A DNA stretch of 63,910 nucleotides, the filler included, from Bigelowiella natans CCMP2755 (taxonomy: Eukaryota > Protista > Cercozoa): NCBI GenBank assembly GCA_000320545.1. It is 7 parts of 7 records of this genome, joined end to end, with 100 filler letters (N's around TTAATTAATTAA, not from the genome) between each part and the next. Parts side by side here need not be neighbours in the genome. Positions count along the whole stretch, not along the records: positions 1 to 19,774 come from ADNK01003214.1; positions 19,875 to 21,424 come from ADNK01000374.1; positions 21,525 to 23,163 come from ADNK01001595.1; positions 23,264 to 52,946 come from ADNK01001332.1; 3 more parts are not named here. One strand, given 5' to 3'. Under the pieces are notes generated by a model. It was not told where the DNA came from and made no database searches. It saw nothing but the letters and a program-made list of their open reading frames with translations. Shown piece by piece: positions 12,950-25,580 of the stretch. Numbering within the stretch: the stretch's first letter is position 1; the number at the start of each line of letters is the position of its first letter. The translations under genes were made by a program, and so were the position numbers.

Positions 12950-14450
12950 ATGTTGTTGAACTCTCGACTAGACTCTACCAATTAGCACGATTTTCTCATA
13001 CATACGATCCCAGTGAATTCACATTGATGTACGAAGGATTTTGTTCACTACACAATCAACCTACACATTTTGTTGTGTCAAGATCAGTAACTTGTCTCAA
13101 ACATCATTGCATCTCTAGTCCCACAAAATGCGCGCAGGTCATGCTAGCATGGTGCACAAATTGAACACCTAGATGGTCTAGTGTTCATGCACTTCAAGCA
13201 TAGTTGCACATCTCTAGATCAGCATGCAATGCAGTGCGACATCCATTTCCAGTCCGCTAAGTCTTTCTTTGGTTCTGTGTGAGTGTCATGGAAACGTTGG
13301 TTCTGCTAGTCTAGACACCGTCTGTGACAAACAATCAAGCAAAGTGGCTAAACTAGCAAAGACTTGTTCATTGATGAACCCAAAGTCAAGAGGCACACTG
13401 GCATGGCACCACAGCAGTCTAGGCCGTGTCTAGATCCAAACTAAAAAAGTCTTCAAGAGGGACGTTGCAAAAAGAAATCTTCGTTTGAGACCTCAAGATC
13501 ACAATGAGGTCATCCACACTGGCACTCCAGCACTGTCTAGCTAGCTAGCTAGCTCGTTCTAGCGCTCACACCGATCTAGCTAGCTAGCGATGATCCTGAC
13601 TCCAATGACATCTGAAGCACTAGCTAGCTAGAGCAGTCTCGCTAGCCCGTGCAGCGTGGCACACCTTGCTGGCTTGCATTGCGATCGTCAAATTTCTGGA
13701 TCATCATTCCAAAGCTAGAAAGGCCGCACGTGCAGACCAAGCTAGCGAAAGACGTGCATTCACGTTGAGATGATGCGTGTTTCATGCACGTTTGATCTAG
13801 TGATGGCCAATCTAGCAGCGCTAGAATGGACATGAAACACTCCTCACTAGCTCCAGAGCTAGCTAGCTCACCCGCAAAGCCCAGAGGCACCTGCTAGCCT
13901 GGGGCAATCTAGCAATCTAGCACTGCCACAACAGATAGGCCCAGCGACACCGACACATGGCTAGATGGACAGCTAGCTTGTTTGTTGTTTGCTAGTTTGG
14001 CTAGTTGGGGCAACCTAACAACACGCACATTGATTTGGAAACAGCTCTCACAATTGACTAGTTGAAGCCGCTGAACCGCTTTCTAGCTTTGCTAGTTTGG
14101 TGTGCGCGAAATTTCGCAGCATCCCTAGATCCGCTAGCTAGCTCTAGAGCTAGGCTCTAGGGCTAGTAGGTCCGGCCACACGCACACGCAAGCTAGGAAG
14201 ACATTTCTAGATTTCTCGATTTGACGGCACATGTCTAGATGTCTGGTGTGCACTGATGCGTTGCATGCATTAATTGTGTCCCAGCGTTGAGAGCACACCA
14301 CCAAGCATATCAGCATGGCTAGATGGCTAGATCTAGAGACGGCTTGATGTCTAGATATGGCATGGCTTGCTAGCTTGACTAGTTCTAGAGTTGATACTGC
14401 TGTTGATGCCATGTTCATCATGCTTAGTTTCAGCGAGACTAATGTGCCAT
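12950..14450. other. TpA-depleted block with the highest density of NNNN-CTAG-NNNN and (CTAG)n arrays
   Basis: About 16 perfect duplicated-flank CTAG sites between 13140 and 14392, plus (ctag)n runs at about 13538-13552 and 13576-13587. Confidence 0.9.
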
Positions 14451-15611
14451 CACATCAGAATCCATCCCTGGGTTCTCCTCTTCTTAATCATTTTCGTTCT
14501 CGCACGCCGAAGTTGTGAACATTTTTCACAACTGTTGTTTGTGAATCCGGGGCAAAACTGAGCCAAGCTGTGACATGAAGAACACACTGTTGGCATGTTT
14601 CTTGGATCAGGGTGATAATCCTGCGGAATTTTGGATTTGTTTGTTTTGACCCATTTAAAAATACGCTCAGTGTACTCTGGTCTTGACATTGGCGTCAAAA
14701 ATTTGCGCCACTTGATTACCTACCGAAAAGAACAAAATCGATGCATTGCCGATGCGCTTAAGTAATACGGATTGTGTCCTGTAAAACGAACATAAGATGC
14801 TTCTAAATTTTATCTTTTAAAGCGTTAGCTTGGATACCGACCAAATGTGCATGTACGCATAAATGTTCTAGCTTCATACGCATAAATGTTCTAGTTTCAT
14901 ACCTGCAACCATGATGTGGGAATTAAATGAATCTCTTCTTGTGTGTAGATTATTCCTGGCTAAATATGTACAAATATTGGCATAGACTATTCATCTCATG
15001 GAGTAAATGCTTGCGTTTTGGAACCTTGTAGAGAGTCATGCAGAGATAATTTTCAATGATAGCCGCCACCTGAGTGAAGAAGTAAAGATTTCATTCAGTA
15101 TTTAAACATTTAATTTGAAAGAACCTGCTCCATGTTCTGCATTTTACGTTCACAGGGCACCTGTGCAGGAAACAAGGGTATGCACTTAGCAATCTTCCTC
15201 TGGACATATCGCTGAGGGACATCTTGGAAACCACATCTCCCTTCTATGGCTCCATGTTCCCTGAAATCAAACATGTATCCATATTATGAAGAGAATCTAT
15301 GTCGCGCTTCGGAACACCTTACGTAATCTTCAAGTAAGCTTTGTCATTTTTCTCGATCCCAGTCAAAACGGCTCGAAGTCCCATCAATTTTACGGTCTTC
15401 AGTTGATATGAGTGAAAATCTTTGGGCTTCTTACTGCCAAACGACCGAATCTATCAGTTGTTCAAAATTGATTCAGCTGATGTCACGACTCAAAAATGAT
15501 GCATGTTTTACTTGAACCATGTCCCCCACGCGAACATTTCCTCTCTTCTCATCACCCTTACAGCGGAAGGGCTGCATTTTCCAAGCGTGATTTGGTCGGT
15601 TCCTAGATCAT

Positions 15612-15853
15612 TCTCTTTGATGCACATCCGAGATCATCCGAGGATTCAGAGACAATCCGGAGAGGTCGCTCCTTGGAAGAAACTCCAACGAAACTCCAGA
15701 TGTCATGTGCCTTGGAAAACATGAGTGCGACAGAACATTATTTGTGTTATTTTAAAGAAAACACGTCCTATGGACGTCGTGGCATTGCCGAGAAAGAACC
15801 TTGCACTTTGTGCTGTCGCAGCATTCCTGGACCTCGGATGTGCATCAAAGAGA
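15612..15853. repeat. Perfect 21-nt inverted repeat pair, 200 nt apart
   Basis: tctctttgatgcacatccgag (15612-15632) and its reverse complement ctcggatgtgcatcaaagaga (15833-15853). Confidence 0.85.
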
Positions 15854-16110
15854 GCGAAATTTTCCAAAATAAAAAAGCGCTTTCGATGATTCAGCAGACA
15901 GATGTGATGTGCATTGACTCATCGTGGCGCATACCCGTCTCGTGAAGCCTTCAACCCTTTGAGTCTCATTTCATCCTCCCAGGTGCACGCCTTCGAGTGC
16001 AACGCAGGCAAATCCTGGTTTACATCACGCCGAATTTCCTAATAATTTCTCTTCAGAACTCGTGTTGATTGCTACTGTTCATGTGCACTTGGGGTTAAAA
16101 GAGCATTTAG

Positions 16111-17392
16111 ATGAAGGAAGCTGCCCTCGACGCTTCGACGGTTCGGGGTTTGCGGTGGAGGTTCGTCGTCCTTTGGGTAGTGCTGCTAGCCTCCTCGGTC
16201 TTCCTCTTGGACACTTACATCGTACCAGCATGGATCCTGTGGTGTAATCCCCCGTGGCCTGCTCTCCCCCGCCTGAATATAAAGAAAGGGGGAGTTTCCA
16301 CGGCAGGGTTTTCCAACGGTGCCGATTTCGCACACCAGTTGCACATTACTTACAGTTCTGTGATCGATGCGACGTGCGTTTTCGCGGGCCAGCCGTTCCA
16401 CTGTGCAGCGACCAGATTTCCTGATGACCATCTTGTGGAAGCCATCCCAGCGTCCTCCGTTCCGACATGTGTTGGCTGTCCAAGCGGCAAGACCCTCATA
16501 TATGATCACTGCAAGGTAACCTGCAAATATTTCACTCTTATCCAATATTTTGATTACGTGCAACGATGTTACAACGCTCCAATCCTAGGCACACCCAGAA
16601 TGGGTTGACATTGGTGCTCTCCCTGATTACCCTCGTCGAGTGTGCGATGGGCGCGGCCTGAATACCAGCGTCTGTATGGACCATACCGACAACCTGAGCG
16701 ACGATCGAGTCTTCCTTTTCCGAGGCACTCAAGATCGGTGCTACAAGCCAGGCTCTGTTGAAAACGTCCAGCATCTTTACTCGATGTTCCTTGAGAAACC
16801 TGAGGCGCAAATTCGCATGGTGAACACCGTAGGCTACGCTCACGCGTTCCCTCGAAATAAGACCAAAATACCGGGCAAAAAGCACGGCTATGATGGAGCA
16901 GGAGAGTGCCTAAGATGGATATATCCCGGAGGTATCAAACCAGCAGTCGACTTTAAGAGAAAGAATATTTATAACTACAACCAGGATGAATTTATGCAAG
17001 CAATCTCTGGAGTTGGCATAAATGGGCGCGGTCACTTGTACATACCAGATGCTTGCAGTCCCCCTACAAAGGCAGCAGGAGCTAATGCTGACGCCACTAC
17101 TGCTCTCCACAAGACGAAACCGTGCCGTCTCGTAATTCTTGCTGCTGGATGCAATGGGTTTGGAGGATGGATTGAAAACTTTGCAAAATACGCAGAGAGC
17201 AATGACATAGTCTTGCTGCAACCGTGCGTCGGAGGGTATGTTGACCCTTTCCGTTACCCGGGCGCACATGAAATTAAACGAGGAATGCTTGATGTGTATG
17301 GACAACTCAGTAGAGACTACACGATGAAATCTGCGCCACACATGAAATTTGTAGGACAGGTATTGGAAAAATTGAGTGGATGGAAGGTGTGA
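16111..17392 (+). CDS. Poly(3-hydroxybutyrate) depolymerase-like alpha/beta hydrolase with an N-terminal hydrophobic segment; 2 exons (16111-16515, 16589-17392), about 402 aa
   Basis: The GT-AG intron 16516-16588 joins both ORFs in frame. Motifs: VSTAGFSNGADFAHQLH (GxSxG near the N-terminus), FAGQPFHCA, FRGTQD (Asp) and YAHAFP (His), as in type-II-like PHB depolymerases. Confidence 0.8.
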
Positions 17393-17519
17393 TTTACGTC
17401 ACAATTTAGCGATGCAGCAAGGAGGATTCTTGAAATTTTGTCACAGGAACCTCTGGCAGATCAACATTAGAAACTAGGAAACCATTATTAGCATGTACAC
17501 AAAAATGTCGTTTGGCTTC

Positions 17520-17802
17520 AATTCGATGCGCCCAGGCGTACACGCTACGGTGCATGCTGGCATGCACTCAAATCCAGCTGGCTCTGGAACTTGGCTTCAT
17601 GATGTTCAATTTCAGGCTTTTTCCTTCGCTAGATCGCATGAGATGAGAGCTTGTTGAATGCAACAACGTTGAGAATATTTTCCATTGAAGACGATGGCTT
17701 CCGCGACTCAGCGCCCGCAGCCTTGTCTTGTGGCATCCACACACCTAGACACAACTAGACAAACACACACAGACACATCTAGACATGCACACACATGCGC
17801 AT

Positions 17803-17838
<36 letters not shown>

Positions 17839-18400
17839 GCACACGCACAAACACACACACACATCTAGACATGCGCATGCACTAGTGCACGCACACACGC
17901 ACACATGTGCTAGCACGCACGCTAGCACGTACGCACACTGGCTAGACCACATCTGCGAAGCAATCCATGGCTAGCAGACAGTATTGCTAGATTGACAGGC
18001 TAGCAGCAAATAATCATGCAGGGCTGGCCATCTAGCCACGTGTGTGCACATGGAATGGCAATGCCAGCATGCTAGCATGCAATGCCAGATCGAACCATTT
18101 GATCCAGCATTGTTGAAAATCCCGCAACGCAGTCGCAGTGTGCGGCAACCTGGCAACACCACTTCACGCTGAGTTGTGCATGCCTGGAGCTGCCAGCTTG
18201 CTTCTTCAGTCTAGCTAGTGCTAGAGTGCTGTGAGCGCATCTTGTTCTGCGTACATGGCATGACATGGGGAGGACAGCTCAGGACAATCATGATGATGAC
18301 TAAGAGGGCTAGAGGGGGGCACTGAGTGCAATGCATCTAGCTAGCTAGTCTCTAGCTAGCTAGTAGTGGCACCTGTCTAGCTGAGCAAGGAACATCAAGG
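17520..18400. other. TpA-depleted, CTAG-insertion block with a degenerate CA/TG repeat
   Basis: acac-ctag-acac 17741, acaa-ctag-acaa 17751, acat-ctag-acat 17775 and 17861, cacg 17918, attg 17983, catg 18068, agtg 18217, aggg 18305. Confidence 0.88.
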
Positions 18401-18846
18401 TTGACTATGTTAAACGGTTAATTCGGTCATGCAGTCTCTATCATTTTGCATGTCGCGCTCGGTGTATCTCATGCATTTCCCCCTTGAGCATTCCGTGTAG
18501 AAGCTCCATGTGGATGTCGACCTGCCAATGAGAACAAAACAAGACCATGTCTTTGCGTCAGAGCCCACACTTATGTTCCTCAACTGTTTTCTGTTAGCAT
18601 ACCTCTCCGATGTCGTCGATTGACTTTAGAATCTCCTCGCGGAGTACAACAGCAGCCATTTTCGCAGCTGCTACGGTTACCCCGGAATCCAGCACTAGGC
18701 TTATCTTTTTGTTGTGGTGGGAAGAGATATAAGATGCCATCTTCTAGATTTTGTGTGTCGATCAATATCATTCTTAAGATATAGGTTTAGAATTTTGTAA
18801 ACATCATACATCAATGATATCACCGCCCTTCTGGTTCGATGAATGC

Positions 18847-18885
18847 TCAGCATACTATTGCCATATCATCGCAGAGCAGGGTACA

Positions 18886-18921
<36 letters not shown>

Positions 18922-19054
18922 GTCATCGTCATCAACTACTACTACTACTACTAATACTACTAAGTAATGGTGTCTCACCTCAGCGAGTACGTATGAACTG
19001 TGATGATGATTTTCCTCTGTGATCTGTGACGATGATGATGACGATGACGAGGAG

Positions 19055-19085
<31 letters not shown>

Positions 19086-19714
19086 GACGGAGATAATGAA
19101 GGGACATATGAGCCAACGACGAGAGCACCTTCTGGTTTTCTTGGACGGAGGCAAAAACCTGAGAATCAGAAGAACAGAGAGGAGGAGGAGGAGGAGGAGG
19201 AGGAGGAGGAGGAGGCCACGAGACAATAAAGCACAGATTCCTTATTTCTCCAGAATATGAAAACCGTATGCACATTTCTCTCTTAGCCTACCCCTTGTTC
19301 AGAAGGGTATAATGTGAAGAGCGACAACAGAATGGCGTCCATTCCCAAACACACCAACTGACTGACCTCTAAGATATCCGCTTCGATCTCCTGTTGCGTT
19401 CGCCGAGGCGAGGGCTCGGTGCCAATGGCAGCAGTGACAGCAGCAGCAGCAGTAGGAGGAGGGGGAGAAGGAGAAGGAGAAGGAGAAGGAGAAGGAGCAT
19501 CGCTGCCAGCAGCCTGTGAAGAGGACATTGGAAAATCAGCAGAGGACTTGTGCTCGTCCTCGTCGTCCTTCTTCCCAATAGCCGCGCTACGGCTGCTGCC
19601 CTTGGCGATTGGATGATGAGAGTCGGAAGAGGCTGGTTTGAGCCCATCGTTGTCATTTGCCTCCTCGCGGTCAGGATGCGCTTCGTTCTCAACGGTGGGA
19701 GAGCGATGATCCAG
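18847..19714 (-). CDS. Probable exons of a hypothetical low-complexity protein (3' part; contig end)
   Basis: An AG..GT-bounded exon reads LDHRSPTVENEAHPD...IEADILE and is followed by VFASVQENQKVLSSL. No family recognised. Confidence 0.35.
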
Positions 19715-19774
19715 CTGGTGGCATAAATACATAAATATAAATATATAGAGAGAGAGAGAGGGGGGGGGGGGGGG

Positions 19775-19874
19775 NNNNNNNNNNNNNNNNNNNNNNNNNN
19801 NNNNNNNNNNNNNNNNNNTTAATTAATTAANNNNNNNNNNNNNNNNNNNNNNNNNNNNNNNNNNNNNNNNNNNN
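19775..19874. other. Artificial contig linker (N44-TTAATTAATTAA-N44)
   Basis: Identical 100-nt spacers with stop codons in all six frames also occur at 21425-21524, 23164-23263, 52947-53046, 59981-60080 and 61415-61514. Confidence 0.97.
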
Positions 19875-20204
19875 CACACACACACACACACAACACATAT
19901 ACATATTTCTTTCTATTTCACTCCGCGTGACCGTGTTATATTCCACAGGTTAGATGGGGGGTTGGGGGGGGAGGGGGGCGCGCTCTCTCACTCTCTGTCT
20001 CACACGCTCTCACTATCTCTCCCTTTCTATCAATCTCTCACGCTCTCTCTCTCTCTTTATGTTTTTTTTTCGCCGCTATCCCACCCAGCTTGCGCTCTCG
20101 AGAAAGCGAGCGCGCGCGCGGGTGCGCGCGCCCCCCCCCCCCCAAAAAAAGAAACAATATCGGGGGGGGGGGGGGGGGGTTGGGGCGAGTCATCAACACA
20201 CGTC

Positions 20205-20250
<46 letters not shown>

Positions 20251-20336
20251 TGTATATATTTATATATGATATAAATATACATTAGGCCCAATGGAATGGG
20301 AAGTTGAATCGAGGATGGAGGGGGCGCGCTCACTCA

Positions 20337-20549
20337 CCCTCTTCTGGCTCTCATCGCGCCCGATGAGGGCATAGCGGCCTCTCAGCACGAAGAAGAACAT
20401 CCCGAGCGTCTTGGCGAATGATTGGTTCTTACGCATCCTGATCCTGGTTGTGAAACCGAGGAACTCTTCCAACGCTCCCTCAGGGCTCATGTTGAACACC
20501 GTCGATAAAGCACTGCGGGACATTGCCTCCTGTATTGTGTATGATATGG

Positions 20550-20585
<36 letters not shown>

Positions 20586-21003
20586 AGTGCCGAGTACCAC
20601 ACCTCTTCCCTCCCCTCCCGTCCCCTCCCCTCTCTCCACCATCTCCCTTCCATGATTTTCGCAGCTAGCTAACGCTGCCCTCATCATCATCATCATCATC
20701 ATCATCACCATCATATTAAGAACATCACGATCCATCTCACCATTATCATCATTATCATCATTATCATCAATATCATCAATATCATCATCATCATCATCAT
20801 CATGTGCGTGGGAACGATATCGGCAGGGACGGCACAAGTAGAGCACTCACCTTGTTTGTCGTGTCCTCATACTCTCGAAACGCCTCCCGCCACCGCTCCC
20901 ACATATGCAGCGATTGCGTCCGGAAAGTCAACACTTCTCTCCCGATAGAGGATGGCACGACGCTCACTGTGAGGTTTCGCTTTGAGAAGCTCATTCTACG
21001 CAC
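20337..21003 (-). CDS. Exons of a possible PH-domain-containing protein (partial)
   Basis: Exons read ..GREVLTFRTQSLHMWERWREAFREY..| and EAMSRSAL..RMRKNQSFAKTLGMFFFVLRGRYALIGRDE. These resemble a PH C-terminal helix with Trp and the next PH N-terminal strands. Confidence 0.4.
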
Positions 21004-21067
21004 CTATTTTCCAACCAGGAAAGGGTAACGAGGTGAGGAGGGGACATCGGATGTGTCTTATGCGTAG

Positions 21068-21111
<44 letters not shown>

Positions 21112-21310
21112 TAGTAGTGTGTGTGTGTCTCTGTCACTGTCTCTCCCTCTTGTAGCGATTGCTTGGCTGGATGAAAAAAGGAAAGCATAGAGAGAAAAAG
21201 AGAGAGAGGGCCCACGGTGTGTGGGTGCGCGTGGGGGGGCAGGGGGGTAATCGCGTGCGCGCGTGCGTGTGCGTGTACGCGTATAGGGGGAGCGACAACG
21301 AAAATTACAG

Positions 21311-21424
21311 GAGATGAAGGGGTGGACGAAAATCCCTGATATGAATACTTTGAGAATTGGTTTGGGTGTGGCTGTTGGGGATGGCAAACTGTTTGCTGTT
21401 GGTGGGAGGTATGATGGTTTTTGC
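21311..21424 (+). CDS. Kelch-repeat exon (fragment, truncated by linker)
   Basis: cag|EMKGWTKIPDMNTLRIGLGVAVGDGKLFAVGG matches the Kelch consensus W..+..M...R...+..+.G.+.++GG. Confidence 0.75.
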
Positions 21425-21524
21425 NNNNNNNNNNNNNNNNNNNNNNNNNNNNNNNNNNNNNNNNNNNNTTAATTAATTAANNNNNNNNNNNNNNNNNNNN
21501 NNNNNNNNNNNNNNNNNNNNNNNN

Positions 21525-22649
<1,125 letters not shown>

Positions 22650-22862
22650 CCCAATTCCAGATCTGTTGTTGAGAAGAAGTACAGTAAATACGAGGATAGA
22701 GTGCTGTGGGCGTAGGGAGGGGGAGGGAACGAAAAAGAAGGGTTTAGGGTTTACGGTTTAGAAGTAGACGCACTGTCCTATCAAACCCCTTTTCTCTCTT
22801 TCACACACACACACACACACACACCTCCTTCTCACATTCTTCAACGTATTTCTTATTTTAAT

Positions 22863-23045
<183 letters not shown>

Positions 23046-23263
23046 TGTGTCTGAGAGTAATATATATTTTATTTATGCATGTGTGTATGTGTATGAATGT
23101 ATATATATGTGCGTGTGTATGTGTTAGTGAGTGTGTGTATTTCCATGAGGAATATCTTCTTATNNNNNNNNNNNNNNNNNNNNNNNNNNNNNNNNNNNNN
23201 NNNNNNNTTAATTAATTAANNNNNNNNNNNNNNNNNNNNNNNNNNNNNNNNNNNNNNNNNNNN

Positions 23264-24025
23264 ACAGCGCAGCGCGTTGCACAGCTACATGTATAGGATG
23301 ACCATTTAACAAATTGAATTGATCAGCTACATCCGTCTTCATGCATTATTAGCGTGCACACGCAAGGCACGAATAATAACGCTAGAACAACTGCACGAAG
23401 CTCGCTAGCTCGGCCTTGTTGCAGCTACTACTAGCATGCAGATAGTCTGGCACGTGTAGCAATCTGCTGTACACACACACACACACCTGTTTCCACAACT
23501 TTCATGACTGTGCTCAGCTCGTGTATCACACACTGCAATTCATGCTCAATCTGAGAGGTATGGTGATGGTAGTGAGCAATCAACTCCTCCCCACCTTGCT
23601 CCTCCCAACATATACCAATACCGAACACAACTGATGATGCTGTTACTAACTATATGCTGCTGCTGCTGCTGCACTACTACCTACCAGCACAACAGAAGAA
23701 CATCAATCAACCACTAACACAGCATCCATCGGCGACTACTTTGCGATTTACCTCATCGATCACTTCTTGCACCCAAGCCACCCATTTCCCAGAGTCCCTC
23801 TTGTTGTTCCTGCTCGTTGCGACCAACCACCGACCAAGTCAGAAAAATCAAAGTAAATCACCATACACACAAACACAAACACAAACACGAACACACGCGC
23901 GCACGCAATGGACGATGATAGGGGATGGCATATGTGACCCCATTCCTAGCTGCATGCAGCACTCACTATAGACGGTGCAGGGAAACAAACAGAAAATCGT
24001 TATAAGGAAGCTTTCTCTCTTTCTC

Positions 24026-24071
<46 letters not shown>

Positions 24072-24492
24072 CCACTCTCTTGGGGTTGATTCTTCTTTGT
24101 CTGCTCACTAATTCACAACATACTGTTTCTGGTAGAAATCAGCGAGGGAGAGGGCAGCCTCCATGATTGAAGGTATTGATTCAATAGCGGCCATTCGAAC
24201 CTAAGGATAAACATAATAAATAAGTATATTATCGTCTCAAGAATCGTCACAATGGCGACGGGGCTATGTATGCTCTGGAATCAACAGCACACGGTGCTGC
24301 TGCTGCGGCGCTTAACTCGGCGGTGGTGCGGTAGCAGCATAGTATTTCATGGATTCTGATGTTGGCCTCTCATTCTCATTCTCACCGTATGGTCGTAGTT
24401 GTCGATGTGCTCCTGACTTAAGATCTGCCATATCTCCTTGATGAAAGGTTCCAACCCCATCTGTGTGTATGTGTGTGTGTGTGTGTGTGTGT

Positions 24493-24544
<52 letters not shown>

Positions 24545-24841
24545 CCTTTTATCATAATCGGGGCGAGAATTAGAAGCGAGGGTATTCTAATTCGCTTGTT
24601 TGAAAAAGCAGTGCTGATGCTATTGATGCTGCTACCTGGTCTACATCTAGTACACCGCACCAGCATGCCTCTTCATTATACTATACAACTTACAACTCAC
24701 ACACATATATGATAATGATAATGGTGAAAATACTACACGCAATAGCAAATAACCGGAGAGGATGATGCCGTGCTTCTTATCAACTCGTATGCGGCCGACT
24801 GCCGTAGTTTGTCCAGAGCAACAAGAGATACGTTGGTAATG

Positions 24842-24883
<42 letters not shown>

Positions 24884-25433
24884 GATCGAAACGAGGAGTG
24901 CCAAACATCTAAATCATCGCCAAAACTTTTGTCTTTCTCTCTTTGATTCTTTCTGTGGGTGAGAAGAACAACTCGCTCTTCCGTCTATTTATTATTCCCA
25001 CATCATCATCATCATCATCTGCTGTGTTTGAGATCATATTTGATGATACAACAATAACAACAATAGCAACTCCTCTACCAGCTTCATGCACTCGGCCGTC
25101 CTGACATCACGGACGTGCCTTGTCCCAGGCTCTTGATCCATGTAATCTGCGAAGAAGGCGTTATCGTCATCATTATCATTATCATCATCGTCATCATCAT
25201 CATCGTCGTCGTCATCACTATCATCATTACCATCGCTATCGTCCTCCTGGTGCTCATCCTCGTCATCATCAAAATCTGCATATCCGTGGTGTGATTTTAG
25301 CCCATAAGTTCACATGTCGAGCATTTGAGGTACAGAGAGGGGGGGGGGGGGGGCACGGACAAGCGGAAAGGGGTGGAGGGGGACGAATGTGTGCGAAAGT
25401 GCTAAGAGCGGCAAAATTAAGAATATGCGGCTA

Positions 25434-25468
<35 letters not shown>

Positions 25469-25549
25469 CTACTACAACTATTACGAAAGTGACTGGGAAA
25501 ACGTGACTTCCTGGTACAAAATCGCAATCTAGAAGCCGCGACACAAATG

Positions 25550-25580
<31 letters not shown>

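Noticed and set aside
19775-19874. TTAATTAATTAA repeated six times as a biological motif
   Set aside because: It is always centred in exactly 44+44 N. This is an assembly linker with six-frame stops, so adjacency across it is not reliable.
22740-22762. Telomere or telo-box upstream of the cyclophilin
   Set aside because: Only about 3 degenerate TTTAGGG-like units; too short to support a function.
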